A stretch of 64,000 bases of DNA from positions 2,418,001 to 2,482,000 of the forward strand of contig CM030334.1 in the NCBI GenBank assembly GCA_017654855.1. Reading direction: 5' to 3'. Of the stretch, positions 24,161 through 34,875 are shown piece after piece. A program made the position numbers and the translations under genes. Below the pieces are notes generated by a model. The model was given only the letters and a program-made list of their open reading frames with translations. It was not told the origin of the DNA and did not search any database. The stretch is from Podospora anserina. Lineage: Eukaryota. Numbering within the stretch: position 1 is the first letter of the stretch; the number at the start of each line of letters is the position of its first letter.

Positions 24161-26590
24161 CTAACGTGACCCCCCACCACCACCCCACCTCCCCTCACTC
24201 TTAGCCCCCTTCTTCACCCCCTTCATGCTCCTCCTCGGCCTGCTGAGCTTCGCCTCCTTGCTCTTGAGCTCCTTGTTCACTAACCAGGCGTTCAGCGGGG
24301 GGCGATAGCCGATGAATTTCCCTTCGGGGGAGTAGACGTCGATGACAGGCCAGTTTGGTTCCGGCTCTGCAGTGGTGTCTTGTTCTTCTTCTTGTTGTTG
24401 TTGTCTCTGGTCAAATTCATCTTCCCAGTCATTTTGACTTTCTTCTCTTGGTGGAGAGGGCTTCTCATCCCACGCGGCCCAGAGATCTTCCCTCAACTGC
24501 TCGTCAGACATCCTCTCGTGTCTGGGGGTGTAAGCCGGTTTAGGCTTGCGTTTCTCCTTTTTCGGTTCCTTTTCCCGAGAGAGGGAGTTGACCGGTTCGG
24601 GCCGGAGGTCAAGCGTTGGGTTGGTGGTGGTTGCGTCCGTTGCCGGAGAGGTGAGCATGTGGAATGGGTCCGAGGAGGGGGGTTTGGCGTATACTGGCTT
24701 TGGGGCGGAGGTGTCGAATAACTTTCTCGTGCGGACTTGAACAGCTAATTCTACCCAGCCGACGCCTTCAATGAGGATATCGATGCCCAAAACGCGGTAG
24801 GGGAGTTGATCGACCTTGAGACCGACGGCTTCTTTCCTTGTCAAGGGTCCAGTACGGGCTTTGGTGATGTCGTATCTTAACTGGAACGCTCCCGCATGCT
24901 TGATCTTCTCGCCCGTCCCAGGGAGGGCAATGTTGCCTACTTTTGGTGCGTTCGGGTCTTGGGTTTGCGTTGCGATGGCCTTCTCGGTGGAGGTGAGATG
25001 CGGGTCGATGGGGGTGAAGGCGTATGCCAGAAAAACAAGCTCTTCGTCTGGGGCGACGTTGCGGGGTGTGATGCGGATGAAGCCGCCGATGAGCAGGGAC
25101 TGACCGGGTTTGATGGTTTGCTGTTCTGGAACAATGCGTTGTTTCATGACGAGAGATGTGCGGCATTCAGGGCGGACGAAGAGTTCGATGTCGCCTCTCG
25201 ACAGGCCGGGGAGATCGATCAGCTCGCCTTTGCCAGATCCAAAGGGAATCCTGATGGGGGAGGCGGTCGTGCCAGGGAGGGAAGAGACGATGGGCATGGC
25301 TGGGTAGGCGGTCTCTTCTTGCGGTGGGGGTAAGAGGTCGGAGACCGTGTGGAGACTGAGGCCGGGGAGGAGGGTGTTGCGCGCTTCTTCATCCTCGGGG
25401 TTTTCAGTAAAAGAAAGTGGCTCGGCTGTCCTCTTTGCGAAGACATTAACGGGGGCAATCTTCTTCTTGTTGAGCAGCACCGCGGTAGCCTCTGACATGC
25501 GGTTCTTGGGAAAGACTGCTTCAAAGAGCTGCGATTTTCCAACGTTGACTTTGCCAACCATCCAGCATGCGCCGCCACGCTTCCAGACATCTTCCTTGAG
25601 CTCCTTGGTCCACCATCCTCGCTTGGCGCTGACGCAGTGGACGTTTCCTAGTCTGACACGTTGACCAACCCTTCCCAGGGCGTCACGGAGGGTCTCTCGA
25701 ATATAAGGCATCATGGAGTCGACCATTTCCTTCTTGGGCGCCAAAAGATCGGAGCGAGTGACGATAAAGCTCATCTCAATTAACCTGCCACGCTTATACT
25801 TGTGTTGCCCTCCTCTTCGGTTCTGCGTACGTAGGGTGATGTCCAGAATGCTGTGGAGCCTGGGCAGGAGAGACATTGGGAAGTCGGCGGCGTCAATGAT
25901 ATGGTAGATATGGTTGTATTTGTATGGTGATTCTTCGATGGTCTCCTGGATAGACTCCAGAGTCGGGTGGTAAATGGAGTTGCCCGTAGAATTGTGAACC
26001 AGATTATGGCAGCGATCGCACAGCGGTGGACTTTCAATCTTCTGCAGTTCGCGTTTGCTTGGGGGTTGTCGTTCCTGGGGTAGAAGTGATTTGAGATCGA
26101 TGCCTGCTTGTGCCAGCGTGTCAAGGTCCAGCCCACTCAATGCATCTTTGATAATATCATTCTGTTCCAATTTGTCCGGTTTGGTTGTTTTATCTAGTCC
26201 CAAATATTGTCTGATGCTCTTCCGTGACATATCATAGTAGCCAGCTTCGTCGGGGACGGCGGTTTGCGACAGGGCACCACAGCCATGGCATTGAGGCGGT
26301 AGTTTCTTTTTGGGTGCAACTTCGAGGCTCGTGATTTCTTCTGGCGCATCCGAAGTATGCTCGAGACCACTTGATTGCTCGTGGAGTCTTCGGAGTTGTT
26401 GGAACTGACATGGCGCATTCTGACGATGGTGTGGGATGGAAGGTCGAGAGTGAGGGGCATTTGCGACAGTCGATAGCGATCGAAAGGCGGGGCATAGGTA
26501 GAGAGGCACTGAGGTTGGGGTGAGATGCTCGGCATTAAACACACTCCCCAGCCATCTTGAAGACGCAGTCCGGGCCGGCCGAATATGCAT
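24161..26590 (-). CDS. gep3: Mitochondrial circularly permuted GTPase Gep3/Mtg3 (YqeH-like)
   Basis: CHGCG and CDRC zinc-type motifs, then motifs in G4-G1-G2-G3 order (TRSDLL, GKVNVGKS, PGTT, DLPG). The start is placed at MHIRPAR, which looks like a presequence. Confidence 0.85.
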   Translation of the reverse strand: MHIRPARTASSRWLGSVFNAEHLTPTSVPLYLCPAFRSLSTVANAPHSRPSIPHHRQNAPCQFQQLRRLHEQSSGLEHTSDAPEEITSLEVAPKKKLPPQCHGCGALSQTAVPDEAGYYDMSRKSIRQYLGLDKTTKPDKLEQNDIIKDALSGLDLDTLAQAGIDLKSLLPQERQPPSKRELQKIESPPLCDRCHNLVHNSTGNSIYHPTLESIQETIEESPYKYNHIYHIIDAADFPMSLLPRLHSILDITLRTQNRRGGQHKYKRGRLIEMSFIVTRSDLLAPKKEMVDSMMPYIRETLRDALGRVGQRVRLGNVHCVSAKRGWWTKELKEDVWKRGGACWMVGKVNVGKSQLFEAVFPKNRMSEATAVLLNKKKIAPVNVFAKRTAEPLSFTENPEDEEARNTLLPGLSLHTVSDLLPPPQEETAYPAMPIVSSLPGTTASPIRIPFGSGKGELIDLPGLSRGDIELFVRPECRTSLVMKQRIVPEQQTIKPGQSLLIGGFIRITPRNVAPDEELVFLAYAFTPIDPHLTSTEKAIATQTQDPNAPKVGNIALPGTGEKIKHAGAFQLRYDITKARTGPLTRKEAVGLKVDQLPYRVLGIDILIEGVGWVELAVQVRTRKLFDTSAPKPVYAKPPSSDPFHMLTSPATDATTTNPTLDLRPEPVNSLSREKEPKKEKRKPKPAYTPRHERMSDEQLREDLWAAWDEKPSPPREESQNDWEDEFDQRQQQQEEEQDTTAEPEPNWPVIDVYSPEGKFIGYRPPLNAWLVNKELKSKEAKLSRPRRSMKGVKKGAKSEGRWGGGGGSR

Positions 26591-26903
26591 GATTGAAAAA
26601 TATCGATTTGACAGATCTGACGTTGAAGAACTGGCAGCCTTTGACTTTGCGCAACCCGCATCTTCATCCAAAATTTCTGGACCCAGGAACTTTTTTGGCA
26701 AGGGTTGCGGCCGGCAACCTGGGCTTGGCATCGATAACAGAGCTCCCGGCAGGCAAAAGCGGTGAGCTCAGTTCCTGAAAATTATTACGGGGTCACTCAG
26801 TAGCTTGAAGGTGGTGCTGCCCGCGCGATAGCCATCATCGTCGAATACCCCCGCCTATCACATCCCGCCTGTTTCGAGCCTAGCCACTCGAGACATCTTC
26901 ACC

Positions 26904-27713
26904 ATGGTCGGCGTAATAAGGAGATTACACAAGCTCAAGGCTGTAAGTGTTACTGTGTGCTGAATGAAAGAATTGCGGGACTAATTCGATTTCTCTGTTA
27001 CAGAAGGTTCATCTGCCCCCCAGACCCCTCGTCGACTAACCACTGCGCCGATGGTAGACAGCCTACTGCCCAGGGTACAACTTGCTAACGATATTCATAG
27101 CTCCTTGACATCAGGTGCGGGCCGGGGGCTGCCATCTTCCCCAGCGATGTGACCAGGATACACCTCGAGTTTGCCTATGGTCTGGCAGGACACTTGGGAC
27201 CAAGGTACGGCAAATATGGCTACGAGCATAGGGGAAGATATTGACGAGTCTTTTCTTAGGAAATTTTGGAACACAAATCTCCCACGACTGAAATTCTGGA
27301 ACCCCGCTATTCCGATGATTGTCAACCGAACAACAGACGTAACTGGGCCAGCGGTGTTGAGTGTCTACTTCCGCGAGCCAGGCTCGATCCTGCAGGAATT
27401 GCAGACGCCAAGTTCATCTTTCCACGGGTTCGCCAAGGCCCCACAACCAGCCGAGGGCGAGCGTGTCCTTACGATTGATATGAAGAACCTGCCGTCCGAG
27501 AAAATTCTCGACGAGCTCATCAGCAAGAGTGGCGCGGTTCCAGTAAGACCAACACCGCAAGACGAGGCCGACTTGGCCGAACTCAGGGACTTGGAGCGCA
27601 CGGGAGAGATCGACCGGGAAAGAGTAAAGAGGAAGACGGATGCTGAGAAGAGGGAGAAGAGGCTCATTGCCCAGGCGCAGTCTGAGGCTGCCGCTATCAG
27701 GGCTGCGCTGTAA
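26904..27713 (+). CDS. mrp49: Mitochondrial large-subunit ribosomal protein Mrp49 (mL61); exons 26904-26942, possible 27004-27006, 27101-27204, 27260-27713
   Basis: The spliced protein reads MVGVIRRLHKLKA..LLDIRCGPGAAIFP..GHLGPRKFWNTNLPRLKFWNPAIPM, the L51/S25/CI-B8-type signature. GT..AG introns with CTAAY branch sites. Confidence 0.8.
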
Positions 27714-28768
27714 GCAGCTTGGTGGTGTTGGGGACAGTTGGTTGAGCGTCACTCTGGGCTCGGAAAGAGCCCGGAGCTTGTATATCATCATATGTAAAGC
27801 ATTACCCAAAAGAACATAAGATTCCACAATGTTTCTGGGCTTTATCTGGGATACTGGAAGTTTTACATGGCAAAGGGCATGGAATTCATGAGTTTCCTAT
27901 TCTCCGATACCCCACCAAGATGTTTCCTCGAGGGAGCTCCGAGCGCGCCACTTATCAAAGATCTGTCCAGACGGTTGACATGTGAGCCGCAAATCACATT
28001 TCTGCAATGTTTCGTTTCGTGTAAGGGATCGAGTAATTGCTGGTGCTACGGCAAAGGGATGAAGTGCCTTACCCACATCCATATATACCTTCAGGAGCAA
28101 CCCTAGGGTGAGGTTATCCTTGAGATGCCAATACGCGAGCAGTATATCTCATCTGCATTACCGATAAACACAAGGCTAAACCAGGAAAGAGGAATTGATT
28201 GAAAGGCTTGGACTCAACATAGGGTACCATTAATCAAGATGTTGGTTGACAGGCTCGTGTGCGACGGCTTACAGGGCGCTGGTACGAGGGAGGACCCCTG
28301 CAGCCCACACACTATTTCTGGGGAACAGGGGGGCCAGGGGGCTTCGCGCCAAGCCCAACCTGGAAGTGGTGCTCTCGTTCGACGGGGAAAAAAGGCCACG
28401 ACTGCCTTGGGCGAGCATCATCCCTTTTTCCCTTTCAGCTGAAGCTCTTCAAGCTCGACTTCACTTGCGCGAGAGCTGCACGCTTTCTTCTTCATCGCCT
28501 GCCATCAAGTGTCTCCATTTCTTTTTGGGGGACACTTTCTGTTGGGTGCTTTCTTCAACCAATCTAGGTACTGGACGGGACCAAACCTTGTTCCAGCACG
28601 CACTTTATTCTTTTTTCGACACGCTCGTTTTAGCCATTTTATGATCTGCATCTCCATATCAAGACAACCACCAACACCGAGGCCCGTCCGCAACCACCCT
28701 GAATATCAACACCACCACAAACCCAATTCCTATCAACGAAGCCGAATTGATTAGTCCCCTTCGCCATC

Positions 28769-31368
28769 ATGGCCGCCGTCAACGACAGAGGCCCTGTCGT
28801 CACTGGCGCTGATCTGGGCGATGCCCGAAGACGTAACGTCCCAGGCACTCCCCAGACAGTTGCCGTCGTCCCAGAGCCTGATGATAAGAAGAAGGTCAAG
28901 AAGGTGAGCACCAATTGCCTCTATCTACACTTTCTCGGGTGTCCGTATCATCACTGGCAATAGGATGCCCCGCCAAGGCATTGGGCAGCTTGCGCCAGAT
29001 CGTCTCCTTGTGGCCATGTGCTAACAGCTTGTGTTTGACAGGAACCGTCCTTCCTCGAGATCCTGGACCAATGGGAGTGGATCATTGCCCCCATCGTATT
29101 CACCGCGCTCGCCTTCTTCACACGTCTCTACAAGATCGGTCTTTCCAACATCGTTACTTGGGACGAAGCCCAGTTAGTAGACCCCCCGTTATCTCGTCGT
29201 TGTCTTGTCGTTGCAACGGTGCCGCTAACCTGACGGCCTGCGACAGTTTCGGAAAGTTCGGTAGCCACTACCTCAAACGCGAGTTCTACTTCGATGTCCA
29301 TGTATGTTCTCCGAGTATTACAACAGCCAGAGCCTTTGCTAACCGGGCTGTCTTGCTAGCCCCCCGCTGGAAAGCTTCTCGTCGGTCTGAGCGGATATCT
29401 TGCCGGTTACAATGGGTCCTTCGAGTTCAAGTCGGGAGAGACCTACCCTCCTGAGCTCAACTACACTTTTATGCGCCAGTTCAACGCCTTTTGGGGTGCC
29501 ATTTGCGTCCCCCTCGCCTACTGGACTGCCAAGGAGCTCAAGCTCCGCCGCAATGCTGTCTGGCTCGTCACTCTTATGGTCCTCTGCGAGAACTCATACA
29601 CCACCATCTCCCGGTTTATCCTCCTCGATTCTATGCTCCTGTTCGGTACCGTTGCCACGACACTCTGCTGGGCCAAGTTCCATGGCCAGCGCAAGAACAG
29701 CTTCGAGCCCGAGTGGTTCTTTTGGCTGTTCATGACTGGTCTTAGCATTGGTTTCGTTACCAGTGTCAAGCTGGTGGGACTCTTCGTCACTGCTCTGGTT
29801 GGTCTTTACACCATTGAAGATCTCTGGAACAAGTTTGGCGACACCAAGATGCCAATCTCCACCCTCGCCGCCCACGTCGGAACTCGCGTCGTTGGTCTCA
29901 TCATCCTGCCCTTCCTTGTTTACCTTCTCAGCTTCGCCATCCACTTTGCGGTTCTCACCAACAGCGGTCCTGGCGATGCCCAGATGTCTTCACTTTTCCA
30001 GGCCAACTTGAGGGGGACTGAGGTCGGCAGGAACAGCCCATTGGAAGTGGCCATCGGTTCCAAGGTTACCATCAAGAATATGGGCTATGGTGGCGGTCTC
30101 CTCCACAGTCACGTTCAGACCTACCCCGAGGGCTCTGGCCAGCAACAGGTTACCTGCTACCACCACAAGGATGCCAACAACGACTGGTTCTTCTACCCCA
30201 ACCGCCGCGATGCCGATTACGATGCCGCTGCCGAACCCCGTTTCATTGCCGACGGCCAGACCATTCGTCTCCTTCACTCCCAGACCGGCCGCAACCTCCA
30301 CTCTCACCAAATCGCTGCTCCCATCACCAAGGCCGACTGGGAAGTTTCCAGCTACGGCAACATCACTGTTGGCGACGAGAAGGACCACTGGAAGATTGAG
30401 GTTGTCAGCGATGCTGCCTCCAGGGACCGCTCCAAGATCCGCACTCTTACCACCGCTTTCCGGTTAAAGCACGAGGTTTTGGGCTGCTATCTCCGCGCTG
30501 GGAATGTCAACTTGCCCCAGTGGGGCTTCAAGCAGATTGAGGTTACCTGCACCAAGGACAACAAGCCTCGCGACACCTACACCCACTGGAACATTGAGTC
30601 TCACATTAACGAGAAGCGTAAGTCAGGATTATGAAGTGTGACAAGACCCTTACTAACTGTCGATAGTCCCTCCTGGAGACCCTGGCCAGTACAGGTCGCC
30701 CTTCTTTAAGGACTTCGTGCACCTGGTAAGTGACTGAAAACCGGCCGCTGAATCTCGATGACGCATGCTAACTCTGCTAGAACGTTGCCATGATGACCTC
30801 CAACAACGCCCTTGTGCCCGATCCCGATAAGCAGGACGACTTGGCTTCTCAGTGGTGGCAATGGCCCATTCTGCACGTTGGTCTCAGGATGTGCGGCTGG
30901 GACGACAAGATCGTCAAGTACTTCCTTCTCGGCAACCCCCTCGTCTACTGGGGCTCGACTGCCGGGCTCGGTGTCTTTGGTCTTTTGACCGTCTGGTACA
31001 TCCTCCGCTGGCAGAGAGGGTACAGGGAGCTTTCCCAGTTCGACATTGACCAGATCCACTACGCCGGCATCTACCCCGTCATTGGCTGGTTCCTCCACTA
31101 CTTGCCCTTCGTCATCATGGCTCGTGTCACCTACGTCCACCATTACTACCCAGCCTTGTACTTCGCCATCCTCACTTTCGGCTTCCTCACCGACTGGTTC
31201 ACCCGCAACCAGAAGAAGATTATTCAGTACGCCACTTATGCCGTGCTCGACGCGACGGTCATTGGGCTGTACATTTACTTTATTCCCATCTGCTGGGGCA
31301 TGACTGGTCCCAACAGGCAGTACGGCTACATGAAGTGGTTTGACACGTGGAGGATGTCGGATGCTTAA
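28769..31368 (+). CDS. pmt2: Dolichyl-phosphate-mannose protein O-mannosyltransferase, PMT2 subfamily; exons 28769-28903, 29042-29172, 29247-29301, 29360-30617, 30667-30725, 30781-31368
   Basis: VTWDEAHFGKF, FFDVHPP, ISRFILLDS, MIR domains (LLHSHVQTYPEGSGQQQVTCYHHKD) and RVTYVHHYYPALYF. Five canonical introns keep the frame. Confidence 0.93.
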
Positions 31369-32445
31369 ATTCTACCACCAAGGGGATTAGGAGGATGCAA
31401 AGGGGGAAATAAAAGGGATATGTGGAAACATGTGTTGTTGAAATGTTTCTTGTGTTGCTGTACGATGTTTTCAAGGCGTGTGTGGAATGGTTGATGGCGC
31501 GTTTGGTGTTGTGTGCATACCTCCTGTTTTCTTGATCGACACAAATGGCTCATCTATCTATCTGGCTTGGGCGCAACAAAATCTGGAAGGGGCGTCTGGG
31601 TGGGATAGGTAGGGCTGTTGTGTAAAGGGAGGGGGAAGGTGTGCGGCGTTATAAAAGGGAGAGGACACGCCAAAACAGCGAAGGGAAAAACATTCATCGG
31701 GGCTCTATGAGAGCTCTCTGTCTCGTCGTCACTATCTCTAGACATTAAAACTCTAATGTTTTGTTTTTGTTTTTTTGTTCTTCTTTTGTTTTTGAGGTGG
31801 GGAGGGGAAGGGGAGGGTGAGGTTAGATAGATGAATGTGGATGTCTGTCGAACTCGTGTGCCTGGCTGCTCTGAACAAAACTTGCAATGCGAGATGCTGT
31901 ATGGCTCTCTAACTTCAACAGCCCTCGACCATTCACGGTTGTCAGAAGCCAAGTTGCTAGGTAAGCAGACTGGCTTGCTCCTTGACCTGGGTCAAATCAT
32001 CACAGTATAGTCAAGTCGAAATATCCATTGGTCAATAAAGGAAACTTTGACATACGTCCTCCCTTCCAAACAGACCCAGTGATTCAGCCCCCTAACAAAG
32101 GACAGTAAACCACCCAGACCACTGCAAATGACCTCGAGTAAGCATAACTCAGATGAACGAGATTTGTGCCACGAATCGCAGTAGATATACTCCCAAATAT
32201 ATCTTTTTGCAACCCGTCACACCTAGCCCCTCCGAAATCTATCACTCAGTGGGTTTCCATCCTCGGAAGGGGCCTGACCCCCTAGGAGCTTCGACAGTCG
32301 AAACCCTCAGTCACTCAAAACGCTTCAACGCTGGATGCAGAAACCTAGTTACAATTGCTCTCCCTTGTCCAGTTTGTTTAATCAAGTAAAATGATGAATG
32401 AATAAAAAGGTGAGGGGGTATCATCTAATCTCTCCCTATGCTTTG

Positions 32446-32467
32446 ATGTGTGTGTGTGTGTGTGTGT
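32446..32467. repeat. (TG)n microsatellite downstream of the Rab gene
   Basis: Read directly from the sequence. Confidence 0.85.
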
Positions 32468-32635
32468 CTTTTGGACCCTTGTGTATCTTTTTGCTCCGGT
32501 GACTTGCCTTGCTTGCTCTCGACAACAACACACCCTGCTCCCTTTTGCAACTCAACCCCCAGCATTACTATTACAGATCCTCCTGCCCCTGCTCCCCCAT
32601 AGTAACTCGCCCTCACCCCCAACCAGACTCATTAC

Positions 32636-33481
32636 TCAACAGCACCCGCCCGAGCTCTTATTCGCACTGTTCGTCAACCTCACCGGCTTGCCCCCCGAGC
32701 TCCCTGGCGGCCCCCCAAAGTTCGGTCCCTTCACGCCTGACCTCCTGTCATTCAAGTCGTATTTCCCCTGTTGAATGTTCCCAAAAATCTTTTCGGCTAC
32801 TCTCATAAAGGCCTTTTCTACTCCCTCCCCGCTCTTTGCGCTAGTTTCGACGTATTCAAGCACGCCATTCCTACGGGCCCACTCCTCCGCTTCTTGCCGT
32901 GAGACCTCGCGCTTGTTCTGCCCTCCCTCTGCTTCTGGCGAGGCCAGATCGGCCTTGTTACCCACGAGAACAACGACGATGTCGGGCTCGGCGATCTGGC
33001 GGAGGTCGTTGAGCCAGTCGGTGACGTGCGTAAAGGTGGACTTGCGGGTGAGATCGAAGACCAAGAGCGCACCGGATGCGCCGCGAAAGTAGGATCTCGT
33101 GACGGACTTGTACGTTTCTTGTCCGGCAGTGTCCCAGAGGGAAAGCTTCATGTGCTTTTGGGAGGCAGCAGCGGCTGCTTCGGACTGGGGGGTAGGGACT
33201 GTTGGGGGTTTGGGGAGGCCGGCTGGGGGCTTGCCGTTGGCAGGTTTTGGGGAAGACGGAGTGGACGGTATTGGGGTTGAGGTAGAGCACTCTTCTGTGG
33301 TGGTGGAATAAGGGGGACCGACGGGGACGATGCGGGAGCCAAACTCCACGCCGATGGTTACGTCATGATGGGTAACGAAGCGGCCTTCGCAGAGACGTAT
33401 GGTCAGGGAAGATTTACCACAGCCTGAGTCGCCTATGCATACTAGCTTTGCGATATAGTCCCAGGCGGGTTGGGAAGTCAT
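32636..33481 (-). CDS. Rab-family GTPase, Rab2-like, 281 aa, intronless
   Basis: GDSGCGKS, TIGVEFG, WDTAGQE, GNKAD and ETSAK motifs; C-terminal GGCC prenylation signal. Confidence 0.93.
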   Translation of the reverse strand: MTSQPAWDYIAKLVCIGDSGCGKSSLTIRLCEGRFVTHHDVTIGVEFGSRIVPVGPPYSTTTEECSTSTPIPSTPSSPKPANGKPPAGLPKPPTVPTPQSEAAAAASQKHMKLSLWDTAGQETYKSVTRSYFRGASGALLVFDLTRKSTFTHVTDWLNDLRQIAEPDIVVVLVGNKADLASPEAEGGQNKREVSRQEAEEWARRNGVLEYVETSAKSGEGVEKAFMRVAEKIFGNIQQGKYDLNDRRSGVKGPNFGGPPGSSGGKPVRLTNSANKSSGGCC

Positions 33482-34875
33482 GAGGGTTGGTGGGGGAGGG
33501 GGGGGATTTGACGGGAGCGAGGACGGAGGAGGAGGAGGAGGAGGAGGCGAGGGTTGGGACTTGGGAGAGAGAGGGAGGACGGATGTGTGTCTCGGGGTTG
33601 GTTTTGTGTCTTGTGCGTGTGTGTGTTGCGATGGAGAACCTGCGGGCTATCGACAAAATCGAGAGGCTATTAGCGTTCGTCGGCGTGGATCAGGCGAGTT
33701 GATGCACGTCGTTCCGTTAGGACTTGGCGGACAGGGGACTTGGTCTCTGGGTGATCAAGAGATATTATCCGTAGCAAAGGGTGTCGTACAGATGTCGGGC
33801 TTGCTGGTGTCGGGCAGTGGTACGTTTTGGGCTGGCTACTGGTTGACTGGTTGGTTGGTTGTGTGATGTGAGAAGAGAAAAGCGGTTTGGCAGTTGACAG
33901 TTGACAGCTCCTGATGTTTGAGGGAAGGGTTGAAGCTTGGGTGGTAAGCTCGCTCCCATGTTCCACTTGTCCACGGGTGAATCAGCATCCAGCTGATGTG
34001 CGTTGCAGCAGGTGATGGGGCCTGGCCAGCCGTTATCAGTGACGCAAGATGCCGATAACACTCCCCTCCAGTTGCAGATGCATTATGGCGGTCTGGCTGA
34101 ACGATGTGACTGCGTCATGGGACACTGTGCCGGTATGTCTTCTTTCATCTGGCCGTAGGACTGAATAGCTGCAACAAAGACGGAGATAACAGCATTCTGT
34201 ACTTACCGGTATATCTAAGCTGCTTTGTGTTGCTGTCCTGGACCTCTGACTCAAGAGCTCTCTTGTTCGGTGGGTAGGCTAATATGTAAGTAGTGAGGTC
34301 TTCCCCACATAGGATCAGCAGCCTATGTGGGATAGTTGCATAACCGCAAGGGTGCTTTGAGCCTAGCGAGTGTCGGAAAAGGTGCATGGGGGCTTGCAGC
34401 ACCTGGTCATCGGCCGCCAGTCACGTCCATCGCCTGCGTCGGTTGCGTCTTGCGTGGTGAGCAATGCCGGGCACAGTGCACTGGTTGCCTGCCCTTCCAC
34501 GCCTTCTCATGCGACAGCTGTTTTGACTTTTGCACAACAACCGTCTCTCTACTTCTTCCCTGGGAGGCAGCAGCAAACCTTACCGTATCTTCGGAAACAT
34601 CTCCTCTCCCCGGAAACTAGACCTTTCGAAGACACCGGAGTCGTACTGATTTGAGGAACTATACTGTCCCGTCTCGAGTCATCATCATTACATATCTCTG
34701 AGGTGCCCGACATACTGCTCCCATCCACAAGCTATTAGCCAGCCGCCCTGCCCGATCCTACCCCCTCTCCTCGTTCTATTTCCCCTCTGGACCACTCAGC
34801 AACTGCCAATACTCAATCGAGTGTGTCTGCGAGGAAACAAACGCCCTCTCTGGAGGGTGACGGGAGTTTATCGAC

